A stretch of DNA of 64,000 nt from positions 868,001-932,000 of the forward strand of contig NEEC01000023.1 in NCBI GenBank assembly GCA_002189035.1, read 5' to 3'. The stretch is from Utricularia gibba (taxonomy: Eukaryota > Plantae > Magnoliophyta). Made by a program: the position numbers and the translations under genes. A model generated the notes under the pieces. The model saw only the letters and a program-made list of their open reading frames with translations. It made no database searches and was not told the origin of the DNA. Below, piece after piece: positions 9,159 through 21,811 of this stretch (within the stretch, counting starts at the first letter, position 1; every line of letters begins with the position of its first letter).

Positions 9159-11095
9159 ATGGGGCTTTCAAGAACTGTGCGTCCTCTGGCGAGGGCGGGG
9201 TTGTGTCATTGGCTGGGACGTTGTAGACAATTCCAGACCTCGGCCTCCGTTAATCATCACGGCAAGTTTATACGAGATCTTTTTTTCAGAATGATATTTC
9301 AATGAGACTGCTTGCACGGAACTTTGACCTTGAATGATGGAAGTGCCCTGTAAAATAGTTTAGCCTTTTTTATGTATGTACCTTTCGCCCTTTCTTGAGT
9401 TATTATACCGGTTTCTGGAAGAACGCTGGCTTTTAGCGTTTCTGAATGAGTCATACTTCATGGGGTTCTGCCGCAGTTGTAGTTGAGAGACTCATTTTAT
9501 CCCATGGTTCGAAGATGCAGTGGCGCCTTAAGTCCTATGCTACCGCTTCTCCATCTGCTTCTGTCAAAGATGGGAAGCCTCGAGGAAGAGTCTCAAGGAA
9601 TGAGCGCCGGGCTATGGTGGAAAATTATGTCAAAGAGTATGACTTTCTTTTTTTTATGTATTCCAAAATTGCATTACATCACTTTTTGTTTCAGCAGTTT
9701 TGTGAACCATAGTATGAGCTTACCTTTCGCCTTTAAATAAAGGTTTATTGCTTTTTTTTTTTGCTATAGGCACATTGTTAATTTGGATATAAAAATTACT
9801 CTTTTACTACTTTGAACATTTATAATTAACAACAAAATGAAGGCTTATACCTGTGAAAGCCAATGGCTAAATTTAGCATGAATGTGATCCTTATGACTTT
9901 GTCTTCAGACATTGTGTAAGGGTTTGGATTTGTAATAGGTATAGGGAAATGAATGGAATGTTTCCAAGTGCTTCTCTTGCCAAAAAAGAAGTGGGTGGGT
10001 GTTATTATGTTGTTCGAGCGATAATACAGGAGCTGAAATACAAATGTAGCATATCTTCATTGGAGACCACTGATCCCAACATCGGGAGCATCTCCAAGCA
10101 AGAGTTTCCGACACATATTTTTTCTTCAATTCCGAAGGAAAACAGTAGGCAGTTCAGATGCATAGGTTCTCATTTGAAGGTAGGTTCGCGCAGCATTTCA
10201 ATAGCTTTTGAATGATTCTGATAATGTGCATAAAACGTTGGTTTACCTTCATATATGGTGCCCCTTGAGCCCTTTGATTTATCTGCTGATTTTTACACAA
10301 GCACAGGATTCATTCTGCCCCTTGGTATTTTTATTTTAAATGTTGAATAAACTTGTGCAATAATAGCCATTTGTTACGTTTTCCTTGTTTTTCTTCGCAA
10401 GCATGATAATTCGAAAGGTGCTGGGACTCAACCTTGTTGTCTGAAGGATGAAACTACTGTAGGTGGATCTATGTTAACACCTCAAGAAGGTCAGGCTCAA
10501 TCCAAGTCAAATATGGCACATGTATCAGGGATGTCTGAAAGGTAGTGACTAGCACTAGTGTATGCAGCGATTGTGTGTTTTCGTGATGACACTACTGGCA
10601 TCTTGATGAGCCTGCTGCTCTGTAGGGAAATGCACCAACTGGAGGTTCAAACTAACTCAGTTTCACAGATCGGACGTGTTGGGACTCAACCTGGATGCCT
10701 GGATGATGAGCCTTCAGTGAGCTTGGCTTCTGAAAACAACGCCATTCAGAAGACTGTAAGCGACGCTAAGTTGACATCACAAGAGGAACACCGTAAATCC
10801 AGGACAGATGAGTCGTCAGATGAATCAGGGATGGCTGAAAGGTAGTGACTTTTTCTTCCATATGGGTCACACGCGCGCGCATACACACACACACACACCG
10901 ACATGTTCTAGTGTGCGTACGCTGTATGTGTGTTTGTGTGATCATGCCGTCGGCATGCTGATGAACCATTTTGTCTTTAGGAGGAACTTGCACCAACCGC
11001 CTGGTGAAGATTCGGAGACACAAAATAAATCCTCAGTTTGGCAGAGTCTAAGATCATTTGCAAATGGGATTTTAGGCATATGGAAGAGATTCTGA
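9159..11095 (+). CDS. AT3G52170/AT5G58210-like helix-turn-helix protein, probably organelle-targeted
   Basis: Exons 9159-9261, 9477-9636, 9939-10179, 10402-10541, 10626-10841, 10981-11095 splice in frame. Conserved RVSRNERRAMVENYVKEYREMNGMFPSASLAKKEVGGCYYVVRAIIQEL and C-terminal VWQSLRSFANGILGIWKRF. Confidence 0.8.
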
Positions 11096-11519
11096 TCTGC
11101 GTGCGTGGTTGGGGAATGAGCATGGTTGCTACATACATCGTCTTCTTGAGGAGATCATGAAGTTACACTCCTGTCCTCTGGAATTAAGCAAGAGGGCCCC
11201 TTCCAATTGTGCTCGCATATTTTGATTGTTCGTCATGTTCACTTTCATGGTTGCTTCTAAATAGGTGATACGGGCATCATCCAAAGGCACAGTCGCCGTG
11301 AGTTTGGGTGGTCGGGGGCTGCAGGGCAGTTGCCGTCCAGATCCCCAGGCGGGTACATAGGTACTTGACTTATGAGGTTTATTTTTAGACACTCCGCGAA
11401 CAAACATAGGTGGAGATGAGAAGAGGCAGGGTCAGCCAAGGCAACCTCCACAAATCTCCATTTTATTTCCGGAGAATGGTTTAACGACTCGCCACCGCCG
11501 AGTGAGAATGTAAGGTAAA

Positions 11520-12052
11520 CTACTTGCGAAGCGGCTCCCCCGCACCGTCTCCAGTTCCCGATCCGCGCCATGCCCCATGGCTGGGGGAGTTCCCCATCGG
11601 CGTAGTGCCCGCGGCGGCGACCCTCTCCAAGGACTGAACTTGGTTCTTGAGAAACTTAACGTAATGAATGGCCTCGTCGAGCATGGAGGCGGTGTCCATC
11701 CTACTCCCGCCTGGGACGAGTCGCTGCAGAATCCGAATCCTGTGGCTGATCCTCTCCCGACGGTGGCGCGCCGCCACGCTCTGCGGGTCGGTGGAGATCT
11801 TGACGTTCCTCCTCTTGGGGGCCTCAGGGAGTCAGGGTCGATGTCAACGGGCTGCATAGCCGCGATTCTGAATATCATTTCCCTCATCGCCGAGAACTGG
11901 GCGGCAGTTTCTTGGGGCCCTGAGGAAGAAGAGGGCGGAGAAGGACGGTAAAGGTGTGAGAGCTGAGGGACGTTGTCCATTTGCATGAGCAGCAGCATCA
12001 TCTCCATCTGGTGTTCATCGCTTGGGGGTGACGTGAACAAGTCAACATCCAT
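11520..12052 (-). CDS. HEC: HECATE-like bHLH transcription factor, single exon, one apparent frameshift at G5 11817-11821
   Basis: HEC domain [25 protein letters not shown] lies in one frame; b[49 protein letters not shown] lies in another. One extra base restores [20 protein letters not shown]. Confidence 0.9.
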
Positions 12053-13227
12053 GGAATGGGCAAGCCGTGCAGAAGAGTGAGAGAGATAGAAGCAGAGTGT
12101 GAATGAACCCTACCCACACACACACCCCCTACATATAGGCAGACAGGCAGACAAGACAAAGGGACTGACTCGTGGAGGAGTAACTCCATGACTTTCTCAA
12201 ATGGGGGTGGGGGTGGGGTGGTGGAGGAGGAGAGGAGAGGAGAGGGGAGCGTCTGATGAATGAATTGATAGGTAAGTTGAAGCAGGGGGGGATTGGCTGG
12301 CAGACCGACCAATGAGAGGGAGGGTCGGTCGTGGAAGATAGATGTAAGAAAGAAACAAGCCCAAGCCAAGCCAAGCCCTGTGCGGAGCGGAGCGGAGCGG
12401 AGACATGCCTCTTTTTCTTCAAATCCCAGTCCCAGCTCACTACTAGTTTTACCAGAGGTAAGGCTCCCCTCGCACCTGCCCCGTCCAGTCCAGATCAGCC
12501 CTGCCCTGCCCTGAAAGGCTGGAAGTGACCAAAATGGCCTGAGCGAGGAAAAGAACACAGGGATGAGCCCCACCCACATGCCCGGCTTCAGAAGAAAGCT
12601 GTGGGATTGGATTTCTCCTCCGCTTTGAAAAAATGGAACACAATCCCCCATGGCGCCCTTAAAATATTCATTCCGCACGCAACCCCAGCCACTCGATTGG
12701 GCTGGGGCTGGGGCTGCTCAGTAAAAAATGGTGGCTCCACCAATCAAATCAAATCCTCTCTCCCTCTTTTTTTGGTGATCCAGATCAACTAACTCTACTT
12801 ACGAGGAAAGACAGATAGACGAACCCACCCTCGTGTCGGGGAGTGCAGGAGTCCAGGAGAAGAGCTTGTCATTTTATTCACTAGACTACGTATCCGCGCC
12901 ATGCTCTGCCTTGTACATATGTCGTCGGCATTTCTAGATACTAAGAGCCTTCCATCATCGGGCAGTGACAGACGCTGGGAGAGGAAGTGGTCCTCGTTCG
13001 TGCCCCTGAAACTTCCTTGTTGCATGGACCAAAACAAGCAAGCTTCCCAGTTTGGAATGAATGTCATGGAATTGGAATTTGTGGAGGAAAAGAGACCCAG
13101 AGAAAGTGTTGTGCCCGCTGCTCAACTTTATGAGGTAACACACGATGAATATCTTGTTTATGTTGTGTTGTTCTCTTTTCTTCTGTTTCTGTGTCGTGCT
13201 CACAGCGCTGCGTTTGGATCGACGCTT

Positions 13228-16200
13228 TCAGCTGTCGGGTTGCCCTGCTAAAAGGCTCACTGAAGGGGATGAGGTGTATTTTGGTCGGATGTTGTACAGC
13301 AACGGAATGTTGGCTGGGCTGGCACCGAGTTCGGCCTCCCGAAAGGTTACCTCGAACATCAGCGGCTCGTATAGGCATACCTCATCTTCCTTGCAGTAGT
13401 ACACCTGAACATGATGATACTTTTACTACTCGTGTTTGTGTCGCATGATTTGCTTGGAAATGATGTTACCTTGCAGTAGATCATGCCCTTGGAAGAGGAA
13501 GGGGAGGACCTTGCGAACTTAACTATGGCGGATCCTCCAGCCCCAATATTTCCTTCTGATGGGTCAACTACAGCTGCATCTTCTGGCTCAAACTCCACAG
13601 AGAATTTACTCTGTGCTTCCTGGTACATCACCAACAAGTATACACATGATGAAGACGTTTGGTCCTAACATGCACATTTGTCTGTGAAGCAGATGCATGT
13701 CTTAATAGGGGGCTGGCTAACCTTGGAAAAATGGTAGCCCTCGGGTAGACTGATCGCAAGATGAAGTTTCCCCTCGTTTGACGAGCCACCATCCACCAAT
13801 ATTGTTCTCGTCTCAGCAGACGACCTCCTTCTAAGGCGTCTTAAAGTCTTGGTTTTGGGTGCTGGAGGTGATACGCCTCTGAACTCCAGCGTAGCAAGGA
13901 CTGGTTTCTCGTGGTTCAGGTCCAGAATTCTTATTAAGCTGTTGTTTGTGTCGGCAATGAATAATCTTCCTGCATGATGACACTCTGGGGATCAACCATC
14001 CATATGCATAGTTGCCTCCAGGGAGAAATTACCTTTTCCATCTTCCACCAGCCCCGATGGTTCCGAAAGCTACGGAATGCAAGAAAAAAACATCTTAGTA
14101 ACAAGCCAAGCCACACTACCGCCACTCCGTGCTATCAGCAGAACAGCATCTCTCTGTTTCTAGTTTCAGACCTCTCTCTTTCACACACTCCGTAAAAATT
14201 TTTAACTGAGGATGGTTATTTTTTTCACACATTGCCTACATTTGTAATGCACAGTTGAAGAGATTACAAATGGCGGAGAAAAAGAGGTGCATTTTAACCT
14301 GCGCTTCTGAAGCCAATCCATCCTTGAAACCAGCCTTCCCAGTACCAGCTAACGTGCTCACTCTCCTGCTAGCTAAATCCAGCTTCTTAACCTAACAAAA
14401 AAACAAAATGTGGAGGCCAGTTTTACGACCCCGACATTCACCAGCTCATTTGACTTGCAGGAGGCAACAATTTACCTTGTGATTGTAAGAATCTGTGATA
14501 TATACTTGGCCTTGGTTCCCACAGAAAACTCCTAAGGGATGCTGGAGAAGTACTTCCGACCCTGCCCCATCATGGTCCCCAAACTGCAAACCCAGTACGA
14601 CCAAGTTTATCAGACCTGCAGTTACCATGTCAGCGCGAAGTTTGATGGCGGACTGACCTTGAATAAGTTGTCGGAGAACATGGGGTCCCCGCCAGCTAGT
14701 AGTCTAGACCCCCAGTTCCTAGATCAAGTGCTCGGATGGAGCTACTCTCACTGTCAGCAATGTAGGCTTCGCTCAAATCTGCTGGAGTAACCAGCCTTTA
14801 GACATCTTAATAGCAATGCATCTCGTGGCCTACAGAATCGAACGACCGTAAGCAGTCATTTTGTTACATACCGGGAGACAGGGAGATCCCAGAAGGCTGA
14901 GCAAACGATGTGCTCCTCGAACTGTAGGGGAAGTTCACACAAAATATGGGTGTCTTGATTAAGCAAGAGGGCGGTCACAGTTGCAGCTTGAGGTAGAGTT
15001 AATAACCTGCTGCCATTCAAATTTCTTTCGAAGCCGTCGCCACTGAGCGCTCTAGTTGTTCCATCTTTTGTACTGTGTTTCCAAATCTGGTGCTGACCGG
15101 CCATTGCAATGTACACAGCATCATTTTTACCATCAAAGCAGACATCCCATGGGGAATTCAGGAGCTGAAAGCATAGTTCAAAAAATAATAATGCAAAGAC
15201 ACTTTTCAGCTGCCTCAAAATAAGTAATTTTCACATGGAAATGCGTTTTCTTGTATTTTCCAAGGAAGAAAAGCTCATGCCTGTGATTTTCCAGATCCTC
15301 CTCCCTGGTAGTCAGAGCCTTTCGTCCCATTTCCAGCAAGTGTGCGCACACTCTCGTTGACAAAGTCAATCACCCTGCAGCAGAAGAAAATCAATGTAAA
15401 AGGGAATACAACCGGGCTGCATCTCATGAAATACACTGAACCAGCAACCCTTCCAATGAATTTTCCCGTTTCCAGAACATATCTACCTTAGAGCATGATT
15501 CTCGGTGTCAGCTACGTATAGGACGTTTTTTTTGTTATTGTAAGCAAGTCCCTGAGCAGCAGAGTTGGCACTGTTACTTAGAAGATAAAGAGTAGGACGA
15601 CGAAGGTACTCAAATGTCATTACCTGAGGGCGTCTGAACATGGCATCCTCAAAATTCCCATCAAGAAAGCCCTCTTCCCCACTGCTTCCTATTTGCATTT
15701 TAAAGTTGCCCTCCAGATCAGTGACAACCTGCATCCATCCTCATCAATGTATTACAATCCAAAAAAAAAAAAAAATCAGAACAAATTCCGTTACACAAAG
15801 AAGAAAAGATTGTTCCATGTTAGTTCCATCCTGTTGGAAGATCATTTCGAGAAACCAAGTAAGCATAAACAGTAACTCACTATGCGGTTGTGATTGCTGT
15901 CAGAAATGAATAATCTGTCATTGATGACATCAACTTCCAGCTTTCCAGGAAACTTGAAAGGAGAGCTCAAATATCTGGCGTCCTTGTCCTTCTCCAAACT
16001 TAGAGGAATGCGGGTGTCAACCAATACTTTCTTTCCACCATAATATGTTAAGGCTGCTTCAACCAGGTCATCCAGGTCCTACAAAGGGATGGATTCAAGG
16101 GATATAGCGATCCATTGATGGTCCAATTGATTATACTCACACACCGAAAAAAGGTAACCACAGATAAGCATAAAAGCGGAACGCATGACCACTAGCCATT

Positions 16201-19200
16201 TTGGCGGCAAACACCTTACGATGGCCTTCACCAGATACTTGTGCTATGACCTTTCCATCGGGTGCAACCATCACAAATGTGGGCCATGAGCTTATCCCCA
16301 GTTCTCTCCATAAATGCATATCACCATCATTAACGACCTGAGAATCAACTCCCAGGTATTACAATATATAAATTGCTGTCCGATGCATTGGCCAAAGTAA
16401 AATAGAAATCGAAATGAACATTCAAGATTACAGCAACAACTCACTGGATGAGTGACACCATAACGTAAAACTGCATTTCGAATGGCCTCCAGGTCTTTTT
16501 CATTGTCGAACTTGGCTGAATGTACTCCCACAACAACAAACTACAAAAAAGAAAAAAAAAAGATAGTGCAGTATTAAAACAATGACCCTGAAGGCAATTT
16601 GGAAGTTCCAACATGGTAACTATGGACACAGGTAATGGTGTTTCTCAGGGTAAGCAAAGTAGATCTTCGTCCTAATTCTTTCTGTATTAATGGAATCTTC
16701 TTGTGCAAAAAAGCATGAGCTCACACACACATTAAAAATTGTGTACATATATCGATGGAAAAGAATGATGAGCGAAGACAAGCTTGCCAGACAAATCTAC
16801 AGGCTATTTGAAACCTAACTGGAGAATCCTTGAACTTCTTCTCGAGGAACTCCAAGTCTGGCAACACATGCATGCAATTTATACAGCAATAAGTCCAGAA
16901 ATCAAGAAGGACTACTTTTCCCTTCAAATCCTGTCAAGCCAGAACATAATCATATGATCAGTTTTTCTTCTGAGAATCCATGCGGAAAGTCAAAAGGCCA
17001 TGGCATCGCACTGCATCACGGGAAGATGAGCATGTGTGCATAAAAAGATTTATCCAAACAGATACTTACTCCATCAAGCTTGCATGGGAAATTTGCAAAT
17101 TTATCAAGCATCCAACAAATATTGTGTGTAAAATCTTAAATCTGTAGATGTTGAGGTATTTGCTACTTCGTCAATCAATCTAAATGCTAACAAATGCGAA
17201 AATCCTACTATCAGGATAAAAACAGCATGTATTCAAAGTATAAAAATATGATGAATATATGGATTGATGATTGGGTATGCAGCTTCAAACAAAGTAGAAA
17301 AGTAGCAAGCCTAATTCACAATGTGAGAGGGTGAAAGAGAAATCCAATGATTCAAGTGTAGCGATTGTGATTTACCCTCCGTAACTGAAGAGGAGCAGCA
17401 TTTAGCCAGTCAAGATTAGAAGGAAATTCAGGAAGAGTTGTTGCAGTACCCCTAGAAAATGGTGTGAAACTAAGATACATAAAAAGATTACAATAATAAA
17501 ACAAGAGCAGCAGAATATTTCATACGACAACTAAAAATTTCAACATGAAGCTGCACTTGATCAGAGCTTGACACCTATTTAAAATGAGTAACTTCTTACC
17601 TCTTATCTAAATCTGACATGTAGTTTACGAACTGTTGGACTCTCTCATAACGAGATTCTTCTGAAACCATCAAATGCCAGAGCATGATTAAGTTTACTTT
17701 TTATTGACCATGAAAAGATTATGATACACATCTTCACGTACAATGAGATGTATACCAGTTTACATAACATTTTATGCCATAAAGCTCCATTAAGAGAACA
17801 GAAATTTAGACCAAAATATAAATTTAAACGTCAAAGTATGTACCTCTTGATCCAAGGGGAGGGATGTTTGGTGGGAAGAACAAGTTCCATATTGCTTTCG
17901 GTGATGCATATTGCAGAGCCTAAAATGTTAGAAAATCTTCCAAATGAACATCCAAATCTAAGATAAAGTACATGAACTGGAGTTAATTTCTTGTCACACA
18001 AAAAAAGGCATACTTGCTTGTTGGTGACGGTGAAGAGAAGGCAAGAAACTGCAACTGCTAAACTTCCATATCTTATAAACTCCCTTCGAGAGCCCTGAAA
18101 CCTGTGCCCAGATCAAGTTTTCAACTTGGATTTCCTTTTTTGAGGGTTAGAACTTGCAAGAAAACAGTAAGACAGGAAAATGGATTCAGGATTATTCAAC
18201 TGAATAATTACTAGAAAATCACTTGCACCTTCCAATTGAGAATACAGAATCTTCCATTGAAACGCCATCTAGAGATGACTGAAGTTCTCTTCCAGATGCT
18301 TTTGGTACGCTTTGGGTTGAAACAATGCCAGGCTGGGAAGGCTGTTTCTCTTGATCTGCAATGTTCATTATCAGATACTACCTAAATACCAATCCCATCA
18401 TACGCAACCGCAAACACTGTTGCAGAAAGGAGAATTAACTCGGGTTCTTTTTTTAAAAAAAATGCTTGTGGAATTAGAATGTAGTTTACAACATAGTTAG
18501 CTTTCATTCAACTTTAGATCCATTACAGGATACACTCTTTCAAGATAAAGATAAGTAATGACAAAACTTAATTCGTAACTCTAGTTCCCAGCTACATACT
18601 ATGGTAACCAGAACAACCATTCAGAATATCCTGCAGAGTAATATCTCCAATGCTCCTTCGGATAAGGGATGGGCCAGCTCCCTTCAAGTTATCTTCTTCC
18701 AAAGTTGTTGTCACGGCAATGCACCTGAAGCACAAGAAATGCGGGAAAAACCTCGAAATTTTCAAACAGAGAAGCCAGGCTATGGTATCAGCAGTTAAAA
18801 AGAACAGAGAGAAGAAAAGGAAAGAACTCCAGCAGAAGAGTAACCACCATCAGAAAGTCGTACATAAAAGGGTGGCAAGAAAATAAAAGAAGAAAAAGGA
18901 AGCTAAGAGCCCAGTAAGAAAATGGATTAAAGACCATCCCCCACTCCATCCCCGACAAAAATAAAGAAACAAAACAAAAGAGTCTTAAATAGTAATCAAC
19001 ACATGATGGATTGGAAACATGTGCCAGGTACCTCATCCCAGCTGACTTGGCAGCTTGGACTCCTGCTAGAGCATCTTCTATGACTATACACTGCATGGCA
19101 TTAAAAAGCCAAAGTTTGGTTACTACTTTAACGCTTCAAAACTTACTCTATTGAATTCCTAAAAAGTTTCAGAAAACAAACATCAAATAATTACCTCATT

Positions 19201-20386
19201 TATTGGTACATCTAACCTCTTTGATGCGTTTAAAAAAATGTCAGGTGCCGGTTTTAAGTTTTCAAATGAATCAGCTGAGACAATAGCATCAAACCTGTTA
19301 AATAATTAATCAAATTCCAAGTGGAGGAACTATCAAAAATAAAAATTATTAAACACTACATGTCGGCAATGAAAAAGGATTCAGATGAACATCGCTTCAT
19401 GCTATAAAACGCACATAGACTAGTCAAAGTCGCATAAGCGTAGCTTACAATGTCAGTGGCAAACCGGCAGCTTCCAAATTTGCATTAACCTTGATGCGAT
19501 CAGCACTAGATGCAACAGCAACTTTAAGCCCCTTTTCTTTACACTGGGTGTATGGAACAATAATGTCTAGTGACAAATGATTACGGAAAGCAAAAATAGT
19601 TGTCAGAGGATAATACCTGAACAATTAGCTCATAGGCACCCGGGAAACCAATACCAGTATTAGGCTTCGCATACTGAAGCAAGTCAAATGTTTGCAGCCA
19701 ATTGAGTGCATACTACGGCAAGTGAAGACAGCTATAACTTCAAAGGTATAAAATCCTTAATCACCTTTTCCAGATATATGTCAAAAAATCTTTTCTTTGC
19801 TGTCATAGGATCAAACCCTTCCACACCCTTTGCTAAAGCAACACCACCCAAAAAATTTGCCTCGCCTATCCCGTATATGTTACAATATGGAAGTTCAGGA
19901 AATTAAGGATCGATGAAGAAAATAATGCATTTAGATTATAGCGAAGCGGATATGAAACAGAATTCCAGACGCAATTAAAGGGAAGGTCCAGGCTTTTACG
20001 CCCGAACCATAATAAGGTCAACCTGTGCCCATGAAAGGAATAAAATCTTGAGGCGTGACTTGGACACCCATTTCCGCAAAGACATCAACTGCAGCCAGCC
20101 GTGACAGTTCTTCACTGTTGCATAGCACTCCGTCCATATCAAACAGCACAGCCGAAACCTTTCCCCATTCTTTCCCAGTTTCCAGTACATTCTTCTCACC
20201 CAACGTCATGCGAGCTGACAAGTTTTTTCCTGCAAATCTTCTCCTACCAACAAGGAACAGCATTTCATCTTGCCGATGCCAGTGGTGCTCGATAGTTCTT
20301 GCTTTTGGGTTAAAAAACAACAGGCCCCTGAAATGGGTCGTCGAAAGGTTAGCAGAAAAAGGCGATGAGACAAGCCTCAAGGCCAT
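13228..20386 (-). CDS. SOQ1: SUPPRESSOR OF QUENCHING 1 (HAD phosphatase + transmembrane + thioredoxin-like + NHL repeats), chloroplast
   Basis: More than 20 exons: transit peptide, [16 protein letters not shown] motif, [12 protein letters not shown] Trx-like motif, NHL repeats ([23 protein letters not shown]), C-terminal [11 protein letters not shown]. Apparent 1-nt deletions at 14709-14713 and 19529-19536; GC-AG intron 15165-15280. Confidence 0.95.
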
Positions 20387-21187
20387 TCTCGAGCTCGAGC
20401 CGGAGGGAAAAAAAAAAAAAAAAACCACTCTTTCAATTATCTACAAATTCCTTCTTTGGTCAGCAGCGGTTATGGATAATTATGGCTCCCTCGTCGCACT
20501 TCATCCATTGATTTTTTTTTTCATTTTTTCTTTTTTAAAAAACCATACATGCTTTAGCATCGGATTCGCCCCAGGTAAGTTTTTGCGCGGGATAAGGTGG
20601 CGCACGCAGCGGCGCATTTTAGCACCCCTTTCCAGTGCAAGATAAGCTTCTTTGGCCCATAAACACACACGTTAGCGGTCAATGTTGGCATGTACTTCAG
20701 CGCAAGTTAACCAAGAGATTTAGCACGGCCTGAATTCTCACACAGATCGATATTTTCTAAATCCCCAAAATTACCGGTGCATTTCAAAATTACTTCAATT
20801 GCACATTTAAAGTTGTCGACCAGTCTCCCATTACATTACATCGTTTGGCAGAGACGAGGTGTACGATAGTGGTGCAATTTAGTGAACGCAATTGCGGCAT
20901 AAGACCGCGGCGCATTTCAGCTTGAGTTGGCGTACGCTAGCGGCTCATTTTTATTTTAGCTGTGAATTCTAGCATTATTTATGTATTGCGGCACAAGGTA
21001 GCAGCGCATGTTTATTCCATTTGCTGCTAAGGTGCGCATTTTAGCATCCATTTTCATTGTGCGCCGCGAGCGTTGCAGACGGAGGCGCATTTTAGAATCG
21101 TGGAGTAAACCGCAATCCAGTGGGGGGCGAGGGAAGAATACTCGAATCCGCACCGATCTGCCACTGCAAAACCAGAATAGCGAAGAA

Positions 21188-21573
21188 ATGATAAGGAAGA
21201 AGTTGGGCAAGAAAGTTATTCTGAAATACGACAATGATGCCGTTTTCTGGGGTTGGTTTCTTATGATAGCTGGTTCTTCTTCCCTAGCGATTTTTGTCTA
21301 CGCCGCCATGGTCTCGAAGCTTCTGCCTTCATCCCCCAGTCCTCTAATCCGCGCCATACAGAACGACTGGTATATCTCACCCTCTTGGGATACGACAGCA
21401 TCAGCATCCTCTTCATACACAAAAGAATTTGTGGTGTGTCTATCCCGGAGAGCGTGACTGTGGGATCGTGATTTTGCAGGTATTATTGCTTCCTGGTGCC
21501 TTTGACGATCCCAATCATCACAGTTGCTGTGTACTTTCACTGGCTGAGCATGAAGTTGTTCAAGCATGCCTGA
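21188..21573 (+). CDS. PIG-Y: Phosphatidylinositol N-acetylglucosaminyltransferase subunit Y (GPI anchor synthesis), 91 aa
   Basis: Exons 21188-21369 and 21480-21573. Two hydrophobic segments and the conserved plant C-terminus AIQNDWYYCFLVPLTIPIITVAVYFHWLSMKLFKHA. Confidence 0.88.
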
Positions 21574-21811
21574 AACAATCCCAGATGCCAAAGATAGATG
21601 AAGCAGCAGAACAGATTCATCATCTCCCTTTAAGATCCACCCATTCGTCACCGAGTTAGTCAATACACGAGGTACTTCATTGGTCAAAAACAAGTACAAA
21701 AGGGTAACAAGGCAATTGTGAGCAACCTTCGTGTGCTATTGATGCTGTAGCTTTGTTAGTGCAATGTGGAACCTTTTTTTGGTATCAATGCAGAGTGCAA
21801 GGTGTTGTTGC

